Assembly (NCBI RefSeq): GCF_008831285.2
Contig: NC_045138.2
Coordinates: 8,370,001 to 8,434,000 of the forward strand
Direction of reading: 5' to 3'
Length of the DNA stretch: 64,000 nt
Source of the DNA: Nymphaea colorata
Lineage: Eukaryota
The translations under genes and the position numbers were made by a program. This document shows, one piece after another, positions 14,381 to 26,878 of this stretch. How positions within the stretch are numbered: the first letter of the stretch is position 1; every line of letters starts with the position of its first letter. A model generated the notes under the pieces. It was not told the origin of the DNA, searched no databases, and was given only the letters and a program-made list of their open reading frames with translations.

Positions 14381-14604
14381 TGTGTGTCTATGTGTGTGAA
14401 TAAATGAAATTTGACTAACATGCAAAACATGTATAATGTTACTTAAATTTGACTAACATGCAAATCATGTATAATGTTACTTTCTCCAAATACTGTGACG
14501 TAAATCAAAATGTAATAGTTTGATTTATATATGTATATATTTGCATGTGAGAATAAACCAAGCTAAACAATGGGTAGGTCATAATGTGATATATAAACAT
14601 ATAC

Positions 14605-14636
<32 letters not shown>

Positions 14637-15209
14637 CAAGTTTGTGTCTATGTGTGTGAATAAATGAAATCTGAATAACATGCAAATCATGTATAATATT
14701 ACTTTCGCCAAATAATGTGATGTAAATCAAAATGTAATATTTTGATTTATATATGTATATATTTGTATGTGTGAATAAACAAGAGCTAAACAATGGGTAG
14801 GTCATGTATGTGGATTCTTTTGCAAGATAATGTAATAAAACATTTAAATCATTTAGGTGGTTAACTCCACTAAATAATAAGACATATATCAAATGTGACA
14901 TTTGATTAACGTATACTTCCGTGGGTGTGAATGAACAAAAGATAAACGATATGTAAGTCACATATGCAATTGCTTTCGCCAAATAATATGAACAAACATG
15001 TAAATGATGTATGTGACTACATTCACCAAATAATGTGACATACATCAATTCTGATATTTGAGTAATATACATGTTTTCAGATGCGTGTAAATAAATGAAA
15101 GCTAAACAATGTGCAAGTCACATACGTCGTTTCACCAAATAATGTAATAGAACAACAATAAATCTGATTTGTGGTTCCCTCACATAAATAATGTGATATA
15201 TGTCAATTG

Positions 15210-15210
<1 letters not shown>
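14231..15210. repeat. Degenerate tandem array (about 160-260-bp units with embedded TA runs)
   Basis: Recurrent aagctaaacaa, ccaaataatgt and tgtgaataaatgaa motifs; 14383-14582 closely matches 14643-14804. Confidence 0.8.
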
Positions 15211-15262
<52 letters not shown>

Positions 15263-15463
15263 ATAATCACTCAACTGTTCAAATGCATGCAACTCAAAAG
15301 ATATTATGAAAACCAAATGCACAAAATGAATTTTATGAGATTTTGTCAAATTTTTCTATTAGATTTTCAACTTGTAAAGATCCAATTTTAAACAATGGGT
15401 TTCAATGAATTTTTACGCTTATATTTTTTATTTAATCAGATTTATGAAGAAAGGATTAAAATG

Positions 15464-15707
15464 TAGACCTGGGCTTCAGGCCGGCTCTGCCCGGCTCCAT
15501 TAAAATAAAAAATATATTGTTTAATATAAAATATATTAAATAAAATAATAAAATAATAATAAATAATAATTGAGCCGAACTAGGCCCCATCAGGCCCACT
15601 TGGACTAACCCGAACCAGTTTTTTGGGCCCGAGTCCGAGCTCGATTGGGCCGAGTATCGAGTACCCGTCCGTCGGGCGGGTACTGAGCCCAGCACCACCT
15701 AGGCTTA
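15464..15707. mobile_element. hAT MITE (GGCCC family, AT-rich core)
   Basis: tagacctggg...cctaggctta; TSD ttaaaatg / tcaaaatg (7 of 8). Confidence 0.75.
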
Positions 15708-16469
15708 TCAAAATGTAGGCAGTTCGGCCCGAGCTTAGACTATGTGAACTTGGGGTGACGTTGACAGGACTGGGTTGAGCTGATCCAGAGCACAAGTTAG
15801 GGTTTGTGGGTTACCTAGTTAAGGCCGTGTTTGCTGTTGAAACTGACTCAGTATGGCTCAATGCCAACTCAGTATCAAAAATTTAAACCAAACGCGGTCA
15901 AAGATCGAGGACTCGACCCACGTCAACACTTTAAATTGATTCTTTGACTTCAACCCAAATTGCTCGAGCTATACGCAATTAAGACAACTTCATTAATTTT
16001 TTTCAAAAAGTATATAATGATAATATTGTATTAACAAATAACAACAATTATTAACTCAGTTGGGTCAGGTAACTTATTTGCTGTTGTTTGTGAATGCCTA
16101 GAAATTGAAATCAGCCAGCTATTTTTATGGCCAAATGATTTTTTTCAATTGTACAGTTAAAAACCGTTGCATAAGGTATATTACTGGCAACCAATTGCTT
16201 GACCACAATTTTTAGTGACAAAATGCATGTTTTTTGCAATGGTCTTTAGTAATACAAGATAAAAACTAATCATTCAATATACCATAAAGGCAGCCGGCTT
16301 ATTTCAATTTTCATATATAGAAAATGAATCACGACCCTAGTATGTATATTTGTCAAATGGATAGTAGGTGAGAGCCGTCCGATTATTTGCTGTCTATTTT
16401 TTTATTATTTTTTATTTTTTTCTCTCTTTCCGACCGTCCCTCTTCTGCGACTGCTTCCCTCTCCCTCGT

Positions 16470-16845
16470 TAAGGGTGAACACGAGTTGAGTCGAGTCTGA
16501 GTTCTATCAGTTCAAGCTCGAGAGAGAATAGCTTGACGGAAGTAGCTGGACTCGTTTGACTCGATTAAGGCTTGATAAATCCGTTTGAATAGAATTGATA
16601 TTCATCGTTACGTGTTGAACTCGAACTTGACTCGACTAAGGATCGACAAACTGGTTTGAATAGAATTGATATTCATCGTTACATGTTGAGCGTGAGTTTG
16701 ACTCGATTAAAGCTCTACAAACTTATAAACTCGTTTGAATATATCGACTTGATTAAGACTAGAACTCTACTCAACAGGTACATGTTGAACTCGAACTTAA
16801 CTCGATTATTTAAACGAGTCAAGCTCAACTCGTTGTCCACCCCAA
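16470..16845. mobile_element. hAT-like MITE with CTCGA subterminal repeats
   Basis: taagggtgaac...gtccaccccaa; many ctcga/tcgag motifs; internal ~70-bp tandem duplication (16583-16710); TSD degenerate. Confidence 0.6.
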
Positions 16846-18003
16846 CCCTCCCTCTCACCAGTCACCACGAACACAGTTTAGATGAGTGGGATAACCATCC
16901 ACCCATCCTCACCCTTACCGCTCGGTGCCTCACTAGCAGGCCCGCCAGACTCAGTAGACATCGAGAAATGGCGTCCATCTTCACTCTTCCGGCACTCTTT
17001 TGGCATCCCTCCTCGCGCGCGCGGAGAGGGAGAGAGAGAGAGTGTCTAAAATACATTGGGCGCCAGCCGATAGACAGACGGTTGAAAAAATCTAAGAGTC
17101 CTCATATATATTATGCGCGCTCACTTGCGATTGAAAAGGATACGTTGTGAACATTTGACCGATTACTTTCACTATTGATTGATTATTTTATGATGACGAA
17201 TGAGGATTTGGTTCCTTTTGGCGTTTGTATTGATGACTATAGCGGCAATTGCTATCTGCAGACTATGGTTTCTAGTTGTCGATCAAAGAAATATCGAAGC
17301 TCAACTCCTCGCGGGACCTACGGGACGACGACAAGGAGAGAATAATGGGTCGGGGAAGATTGAAAGGAAAAAAAAAAAGTCTTTGTATAGTACCAAATTA
17401 ATGCATCTGATCTCTCTGCGTATTAAGTTAACACCATGGAAGCACTGTCGTTGGAGGTAGCTTTGTCGGCATCTTTCATTACACATACATACATAACTAT
17501 CTATCTATCTATCTATCTATCTATATGTATGTATATATAAATAATATCTTAATTCTACTAGCCATCGTAACGCAGAAGGATTTTACATTTTCGTGTGTCT
17601 CTATGTTAATTGTGTATAAAACTTAAAACTTCATTTTTCAAGATTATAGACGCTAGAACACCCGCATTTATGTATATTAAATAAGTACCAAAACTATGTG
17701 AATAGTTATACATGAACTGATGATTTATATAAAAAATTACTTTTCAAATTTAAAGTCCAAATCATCATCACCCTTTTGGAAAAATTGCCTTGCGTATGAC
17801 ACCTCATGAATTACAAGGAAAATTGATTGAAGTGCTCAAAACTATCACACAAGTCATTGACCATATACCAAGTTCCTTTCCAAAAAACCATCCTACTAGA
17901 GGGCATGGCTCCTACGTTTACTAGAAAATGAATCAAAGAATACAAGAGAACAAAGAATCGAACCCAGTGCTCAACAACACATACATTGGTAGTCACTTCA
18001 ACT

Positions 18004-18197
18004 CAAGGGCAGAGCCAAGGGGGGCGCAAGGGGCCTCCCTCCTCCCTTTCTTAGTTTTTTGTTTTCAAATTTACATGTAAATTTAAAAAAAATCTCACTA
18101 TCTTATATAATTTTTTTTTTAAATTATATTTCGGCTCTGTCAAAAGTTTGAAACATTAATTTGACCCCATCATGAAAAATTTCTAGCTCTACTCCGG
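18004..18197. mobile_element. hAT-type MITE (CAGGGGCGGAGCC-like TIR)
   Basis: caagggcagagcc...ctagctctactccgg; TSD cttcaact / tttcaact (7 of 8). A related copy lies at about 45243-45451. Confidence 0.7.
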
Positions 18198-18713
18198 TTT
18201 CAACTATTAGACGTCAAACACTTAGACCACATCCCATGATGGATTAGAGACTGAGACAAAAACCAAGTGGGAAAACCATGTTATCCAAGCACAGTGATTA
18301 TCGAAGTAGGAAAGGTAATCCGTTATTGTTGATGGAAGTATAACCCTAACGATCAAGATGGAAATACCGACCACTATCTCTCGTGAGAAATGACGATTTG
18401 TGTTGTAGGATGAGAAATCCCTTTTGTTTCTTTCTGAGTGCATTATCTACCCAAAATACCAGCTGCCATTGGCCGCATTGTAATTGGGAGACACCTCCAC
18501 CTTCCATGGAACCATATTGTTGCCCTTTGCAGATTACCATCGTGGTCAACGGTTACCTTTCCTCTCCTGAACGTTACCCATTTTTTGGCAAAAGGGGGTC
18601 CTCTCTCTACATGGTTTACCCACCATCAGCAACACTTACCGCCTGTTTGGATAGAAGGAGATGGGGAGAAAGGAATGGAAAGAAAGACCTTTCATGTGTT
18701 TTCGGCAACACTT

Positions 18714-19041
18714 ACAGCCTGTTTGGATGGAAGGAGAAGGGGAGAAATGAATGAAAAGAAAGACCTTTCATATGTTCGGATGACTAATTAATAAAGAGTG
18801 AAATGAAATGAGAGCTAGTAGCTATCTTTATGTGCAAAGAAAATGAAGGAAAAGAAAATAAATTTTTAATGTAATTTCAATCCCTTCAAAAATAGAGAGA
18901 TTGTGAGAGAAAGGAATGGACGTTTCCTCCATTTCCTTCTCCTTTCCCTCTTCATTCCCTTCCCTTCCCTTCCCTTCCCTTTCATTTTCTTTCCCTTCTA
19001 TCCATTCATTCCCCTCTCTTTCCTTCCATCCAAACATAGCA
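18714..19041. mobile_element. Tourist/PIF-like MITE
   Basis: TIRs gcctgtttggatggaagga / tccttccatccaaacatagc with TTA at both sides; left end tandemly duplicated from about 18631. A related copy lies at about 42913-43170. Confidence 0.7.
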
Positions 19042-19530
19042 TTAAGTTTCTTGTAGCGATAACTTCTTCTAACACCTTGTTTTCAAGAAAGCTATCTCTG
19101 TTCTTCACCAGTCATATCGTTTCATCCTCCTCCCTACCATGGGCAACAAACATTTCTTGCTACTTTCCTGCTTCCTTGGCTCTGCACCTTGGAGCTCCTA
19201 AGATCAAGGTCCAATTTGAACCCTAATCCCCCCGAATACTCTCTGTCTCCTCGATATTCATCCTCCTTGTGCATGGTTGAACCGTTGAAGTCCTTGAACT
19301 AAAGAAGCACATATAAGGTTCTTTCAATTATGAGAACTACATGTGTGTTGATATATGATAAATTACCAACTCTTTCACAAAATAAGTAAATGGAAAGATG
19401 TGACATAGATGATTGAGGTTGTAACTTTTGTAACATTCAACACCTGGTTTGCTTAATTTAAAAGTATAAATACATCTTTACAAATATCCAAAATGCCAGA
19501 CTGAAGATTATTTTTTGGGGCATTGTAAAC

Positions 19531-19573
<43 letters not shown>

Positions 19574-20431
19574 AATGGTTAGTATCTTTGTTTTTGACAT
19601 ATAAACCACAACGATTTTATACAATGTTAGATTAATTGTGAAAAAAACGGCTAAAGGTGTCACAAGTTTCAATGTCATGATTTTGTTAATTACTCTCTAT
19701 CGTTCTCTCCCTATATATATATATATATATATATATAAGAAAATTGAATGATAATTCTATTTTTTTTAATCTGCACCATTCAATCCAACATGGTAGACGG
19801 TTAAGAGAAAAACAAAGAAAAAAAAGTGATAGACATTTTTGTTATCTAATATTAGTTTACACTTTTTTTTCCTTGTTTTTTTCTCAACCAAGTATATGCT
19901 TTAGATGGACTACCTTGGTTAAATTGGCTAGGTGATTATAGATAATCAGATTTATCGTTCACTCACTATATATATATATATATATATATTGAATGGTGAT
20001 TGTTATTTTTTAGATTCACCGGCCTATCTAATCAAAACTGTTTGATTCATCATAATCAATTATTAAGAGAAGAAGAAAAGGTGATGGATGTAGATGACGA
20101 ATGTTTTCATCATATGGTATTAGTTTACATATTTTTCTCCTTGTTTTTCGCTCAACCATCCAGTGCTTTAAATGGACGGTCTTGGTTAGATGGTGAGGTG
20201 ACTTTGGATAGCCAGAGTCATCAAAGAAGCACAAAGGCCCCTTTATTCTCCTAGCCTCCGAGGTCTTGGGAAGTGTCGGCGTTAGTGACGGTAATAGTAC
20301 ATCCTTCAACTTAGGTACCACACTTCACCACTTAAAATGCATATACATAATGCCCACATGAATCAAACTAGAGAAGAAACTTTATATTTTTATAGGCTTT
20401 TAGTCCAACCAACTACGCTGTACCCTTTGAG

Positions 20432-20874
20432 TAAGCCTGGGCAACGGGCCGGGCTGCCGCCGGGCCGGCCCGGCCTGGCCCGATCGGACCCGGGTCCGGG
20501 CCAGGGAAAACCTGGCCCGGGCCGGACCCCGGCTCGATAGGCCGGCCCGGCGGCGGCCCGGCCTGGCCCGACTCCCCGCTCTCCCTCAGACCCTCTCCAC
20601 TCCCGACTCACGCTCCCCCTCCCTCTCCCTCTCCGCTTCCCCTCTCCCTCTCCCTCTCTGCTCCCGCTCCCCTTCTCCCTCTCTGCAGCTCTGCTCCCGC
20701 TCCCCCTCTGCTCCCCCTCTCCCCCCTCTCTCTCCCTCCTCCTCCGTCTCCCTCTCCCTCTCCATCCTCCTCCGTCTCCATCAGAGCGCGACGAGAGGGC
20801 GAGGGAAAGGGGCCAGGAGGACGACCCGTCGAGCCGGATCGGGCCGGCCCAGCTCGGCCCGATGCCCAGGCCTA
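20432..20874. mobile_element. hAT MITE (GGCCC family, GC/CT-rich core)
   Basis: taagcctgggca...tgcccaggccta; perfect 8-bp TSD CCTTTGAG at 20424-20431 and 20875-20882. Confidence 0.9.
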
Positions 20875-21129
20875 CCTTTGAGATCAGAATATGTGTGCAT
20901 CCTTAAACATTTCTGTCCATATTTATATGAGTTTACCCATCTTTTGTCCAGCTTTCATGAGGCTGACTTGCCTATGACGCGCACAAGCAGGCCTTGATAA
21001 TGGGCCTCTCTGCTGTGCATGTCATAGGGATCGCACTTTTCATGTCCTCCTCCTTTGTTAATCCAAGTATATAATCTGCTTCAAGTTTTGAATTTTATAC
21101 ATCCAATCATATTGGTGAATGCATAATAT

Positions 21130-21540
21130 TAGGGGTGGGCATCGGCCCAGCCCGGGTCGGCCCATCGGGCCCGAAACACGGGCCCAAGCCCAGCCTGATA
21201 TCTTGGGTCCCGGCCGGCCCATTTGAGTTTCACCCCACGCCCAACGGATGATACTTCGGCAGTCGTCCAGTGCGGCCGTCGCTGTCGAAGACGCGGAAGG
21301 GGGAGCGGGAGACGGAGGGGGAGAGGGAGACAGAGGGGGAGGGGGAACGCCAGGCAGAGGGGGAGCGGGAGATGGAGGAGGACTGGGGAGGGGGAGGGGG
21401 AACGGGCCAGATCGGGCCGACTCAAGCTGCGTCATTTGGCCCGGGTCCGGCCTGGAACCCAGTTTTCCTAGCCCGGATCCGGGCCCGACCGGGCAGGGTA
21501 CCGGGTACCCGACAGAGGCCAGGCCTGATGCCCACCCTTT
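21130..21540. mobile_element. hAT MITE (GGCCC family, GA-rich core)
   Basis: taggggtgggcatc...gatgcccacccttt; perfect 8-bp TSD CATAATAT at 21122-21129 and 21541-21548. Confidence 0.9.
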
Positions 21541-23291
21541 CATAATATCTATATATTTAAAAAAACTGGATGTCTAGATGAAGGCGTGTAAAACTTTTAC
21601 ATTTAACTATCATATCATTCTTAACTTCTAAAAATTCAGTTCAGATATCGAAGCTTCATATTTTTTCTTTTATTATTTTCCATTTTGCATCTACTTGTGT
21701 TTAGATTTTCTATTAAAAGAACTTACAAATACCAAATGACGCAATGAGTGGCCAGCACATTCTGAAACCCTAAGCCAAGTCGCAAATTGTTTGTTTTCTA
21801 CAAACCTATGGCAGAGCTGGCAACCCAATTTCAGATTTTAAAAATTACAAAAAGCACGTTAAAGTTTTGCTGATAATTGCCAAACAAAATTTCTTTGTTA
21901 GAAGTTCACCCTGGGTTAAAGCTTGCTATTATTAAAATAACTGCAATTTTATGTGCCATCTTTTCAGACTAAATAGTGCATGCTTCTTTGTTTCCATGGA
22001 AAAAAAAAAGTTGATTATTACAACTTCATCCAACTTTTATGAACCTTAAACTTTAATGGACCTTCATTTGGCAGTTGTGAGCAAAAGCCTGACCTCCTAA
22101 AATGCAAAATAAAAAAAGTTTGGAGCTTGTTTTCCAATTAAGGCAAATAGTTGTCCCTCAAATGAATTATCTCTTATAAAAAAATTGAAATTAGTTTGCA
22201 GCATCACCACACAAAGTAAGGATGGCCACTTGCACTTCTATTCCCAAGGAGGCAATAAGCCATCATAATTATATCATCTTCCTCTTCTGCCTTCTTCAAT
22301 GCACTTTAGAAGGCATCAACCTTGTATTGCTCCACATGGGCTGCTCATTGAAAGCACAACTGCTTGCATTTTCATCAGGGTGACATTATTATTGTGAAAC
22401 ATCCACTACAGTACATTTGCCCTTCAACTTTTTCTTAATAAAAGTCTCAACTTGATTAGCCACTTTCAAAACTTACCAATTTTTAGGCTCATTGTGGTGT
22501 TCCTGAATTTGGTGCATATCACCCTGTATCGTTTGATATGCATTGTTATGTGGTCCTTTGGCCGATACAGGCCAAAGGATAGAAGCTGATATACCATGTC
22601 ACATAGGTGTAGATTTGGGTATATGTGTAGTCATTGGTATAAAAATTTTCAAAAAAACTTGGATGCAGAGACATGACATACACATATGTATATATTTGTA
22701 TGTATATATGAATGGAGAGAGTGGTGTTTATAAGATTTTAAGCGAATAAATACATATGTTCATTGTTTCTACTTATAAAATAAAAAATTATTATACAAAA
22801 ATACTAAAATATACTAACAATTCAAAATAGCAGTGTGTCCTGACACTTGCGTCCATCCGTGTCGACATGGGTGCGGTGTCCATGTGATAGCGCCTATATG
22901 TATGTCTATATGCACATTGTTAGGCTTCTGACACGCAACCAAATCCAGATTTTACAACATTAGTTCATCCTTCACTTTTCCTTATCCAGGACAGGTTGGG
23001 GACTGTTGAAGTGGTCAAGAAAACTCAATTTAGGTAAAAAGACCCGTTTATCCCTTCATAGAAATCATTTTGGATGCTAAACTATAAAAGCCATAATAGT
23101 TGCTTTCACAAAACTAATTGCATATATAATACAAACAAATCAACTTGATATGATCCCCAATGATAATAAATGCATTTAGTCAGATTTATTAAAGAAAACG
23201 GGATTCAAATGCTAACTATATGGCCCATGAAAGAAGATTTTTTGTTCTTTTAGAATGTGAGAACAAGTTGTTCTCCTTGTTCTTCTTTAAT

Positions 23292-23543
23292 TAAGCCTGG
23301 GCAACGGACTGGCCCGACACTCGAAACCTGGTCCCGGAGCTGGCCTGACACTTAAAACCTGAGTTCAGCCTGATTAAATTAATATTTTAGGATAAAATAA
23401 CATATAAATATAATTAATTGTAATAAAATATAATAATTATATATAAAAATCAATAAAATATATATTAAGAAAAAATCTTATCGGGCCCACTCAGGGCCCA
23501 AGTCAGGCCGAGTACTAGGTACCCGACCCGACGCCCAACCTTA
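23292..23543. mobile_element. hAT MITE (GGCCC family, AT-rich core)
   Basis: taagcctgggca...cgcccaacctta; TSD tctttaat / tgtttaat (7 of 8). Confidence 0.8.
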
Positions 23544-24134
23544 TGTTTAATACGCTTCATTATTTATTAGAGCAATGTGTTCCAAAGAAGACAGAGTTCC
23601 ATACTCTCAGCAACCAAACACCCGCACATGGTATATGGCAACTGGGACAAAATTGTTAAAGGTCTCGAGTACCTCACTGTTCGTGCCAATGAAAATTGGT
23701 AGTGCTGCACATATGATTGCCACTAAGTGAATAAGGTGGCGGAGCATTTGCACTATGAAGATTTTATAGTGACAAATTGCCTTTGCAAGTGCAGACTTAT
23801 ATAATTTGGGAAGTTATTGAACAGAAAAAAAAGGGTCTATAATAGTGGAAAGCCTTTGCGGGAGATTAGTCTCACTATCTAAGTGAAGGCTGAGGCCTTT
23901 CCTTCCTTTTCATCGGTTTAGGGCTGCTTTTCATGTCTTGAAGGTGGTGTCTTGCTATTAGTTTCAATATTTTTAAATTAGCTATTAGTAAATACAAAGA
24001 CTGTGTTGGCGGACATGGGCTGATTTGGTGTCGTATCCGCTAACTTTTTAAGGGGGCCGTATCGGCCACCACATTGGCTGGTGTGTATCGGCGACGCACA
24101 CCAATATTAATAACATTGCTTTGGCATATAGTAC

Positions 24135-24179
<45 letters not shown>

Positions 24180-26700
24180 AAACCAACCATCCGGCTTCTA
24201 TGACTGGATGTCTTTTTTATATTTTGTGACACTAAAAATCAAAGTAAATGGTGCATTCCATGACTGCAGTTGATTGTCCATAGTTTTTATCCATAGAATG
24301 CACCATTTGACATAGAGATAGAGAGAGAAAGAGAGAGATTCATAAATACAAGACCACTATATTAAGAGACAAAAACTAGGCCCAATAAAAATAAATATCA
24401 AAGTGTTTTTTTTGGTAATCTAACCTTATAGATTTAATCTCAAGAGTGATATGATGAAGAACATGCATTAAGTTAGTCATTTCTTTACTTTAGTAATGTT
24501 TTTAAATAATAAAAAATTGAACGGCTCTTATTGTATCAAAATTATGATGGTAGAAAAATCAAATAATTTTTGGTATGGTCAGTACTAATGACATACAATT
24601 GCAGTTTCTCCTTTTTTTAAAATCCATCAAACCTTGATGTCCTCAAAGTCAAAATTGTCCCTTAAGCATACAAGGCACTCGCAAAGGATTTCCAGGTTTT
24701 GTCGACTGGCTCACATTTCACTCCTTTTGAAATCCTTCCAAAGGTTTGGGTCATGCCCAGACTTTGAAAGGTAGAAGCCTGTTTGCTTCCTAAGTTCTGG
24801 CTCGACAACGGGAACAGGAAGTGGGTGAGCAGCCCCAGCTAAGGAAGAATTACCGGCCCCAAACGAACATTTCCGCCATGAAAATGGATATGTACAACGA
24901 TCCGATAGATTTTTTTACAAAAATAAATTTGAATTAAAATATAATTTGTACTAAATTGATGTTTATGAACACAATAGGATGTTCAGATTTGTTTAAAACA
25001 ATTTTGAAAACAGATTTTTGTCTCTTACCCAATTGGTTTGGTATCTACCAATCACTAAACATGTCTTGCGCAAGGAAAATAGAGAGGGAAGCTGAAATCC
25101 TTCAGCCATCTTGAGTTTCATCCAATTACTGCCATTCGATGCAAAGCATCATGTGGGTGTGATTAAACACAATTCTAATGCAATGTTGGTGAGGCGCCAA
25201 GCGACGACGGCGGCATAGATAGATGGATTATTCCACCTATCTTTTCCGTCCCTCTTCCTCCCTCCCACTATGCCAAACCAAGGATGCCACCGGTACCATC
25301 CACCGACGTTGGTGGGCCCACTAGTTCTTGGTGGAGGACTAGCGGGCCCACCGGCATCGAAGGATGCCACTGGCAGCATCACTGGTTTGGCATAGATGGA
25401 AAGGAGGAAGAGGGAGAGAAGGAGGTCAAATCAAAGAAAGAGAAAATGTTAAAAAATATTAAAATAATAACACAAGACAACATTTTTAAGCCATCTGATT
25501 TAAAGATCAAATAGATCAACTGCCAATTTGACAAATAAATGCTAGAGTTTTCTACATATACAAAGCTGACATAAGCCTTAGACTTTATGGGTCTTAAGAT
25601 ACAAGCCTTGGGGTTTTATGCTACTTGACGAGCAACCAAGCCACTCGACCCAAGGTCGGTTTTGTCATAAACAAAAGAAAAAGCTCCCAATTTTTTCCCT
25701 GCATTTTGATGGCGCCTGAAGTTCCAGGTGAGAGCGAAGACAGGGCTCCAAGCCAAAATCTAAAGAAATCATAGCCCATAAAAGCGACCTCTATCTCCAT
25801 TTGTTCGGCACACATACACACGCACACATACATAAACGGAACAGCGCATGCTGCTAGCAGGAGCTGCAGGTCTGCTGAGACCAGGTAATACAGAACATGC
25901 ATCAATGACCATTGCCTTTGCCCAGTTTTAACTCATTGTGGGAAGCACGTAAATGGAGGCCACCATCCCAATGTGATAGGAACCGAGTACATCAAACTGC
26001 CAAAATATGCCATCAGATCCATCTTGGCAGCCGATGCCACAAATTTCAGGGCTCACCTTTAGCAGCCCTCCAGTGTTTCAAAAGCAACTGTGGCATTAAG
26101 CTTTCAAACCCCAAAACAGATCCTATTTGCATCTTTCTTGCGCGTCTGGGAAGAGGAAATGGTACCTCTTCCCCTGGCAGAGTGGGCACCATCCGAACCT
26201 CATCAGTCCTGTTGCGGCCTGCTTGTGAAGCAAGCATGCTAATATATACTTTATACCTCACCATTCTTCAACAACCCATCTCATCAAATTCATATAAATT
26301 AAAAAGAAAACTAATCACATTAGTTTTTAATCAGAAGCTCATCCACTCAATGCCTTCAAAAATGGAAAAGCAGAACAAAGCTAAGCCAAACATCATAGGC
26401 CACCGTAAGTGCCAATTTGTTGAAAGTATAAGATACTCCAACTCAGTATTCTGTAGCACATTTATTTAGACAAGCTAACAAGTTGCCAAATCACACTAGT
26501 TCTTACAGTTGTCCAGCCCTTCACTCCACCCAACAAGACCAAACCGAAGATTCTTACATACCAAGCACATGAAGATGAAGGTACACATAAAATATGTCTT
26601 GTCCACACAAGGACTACTATATAAAGTAAGTTTTTTTTTTGCACCAAGTATCCCAGCTCAAGACCAGGGATCATTGATCAGGGAATTCCTTAATGCAAAC

Positions 26701-26721
26701 AAGCCAAGAATGATTTGCCTT
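26701..26721 (-). promoter_or_regulatory. miR169 target site in the NF-YA 3' UTR
   Basis: Plus strand aagccaagaatgatttgcctt versus miR169 UAGCCAAGGAUGACUUGCCUG: G:U at position 9, mismatches at 1, 14 and 21. About 160 nt past the stop codon, the usual location in NF-YA mRNAs. Confidence 0.92.
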
Positions 26722-26878
26722 TTCGGACAACCTAATGGAATGATCAACCCTATGATCAGAAACCAATGCAAAGTAAGCAAAAACTCACAATGCAACAGCT
26801 ATCCCATTTGGTTGCTTCAAGGAGGCACTCCAGGAACATTCACCCACTAAGAATACCTCCTTTGTGGTCTCCCTGCAA

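Noticed and set aside
25912..26850. 185-aa and 113-aa plus-strand ORFs antisense to the NF-YA 3' region (NERF-like antisense gene?)
   Set aside because: Non-ATG starts, no RING or other domain, no exon structure.
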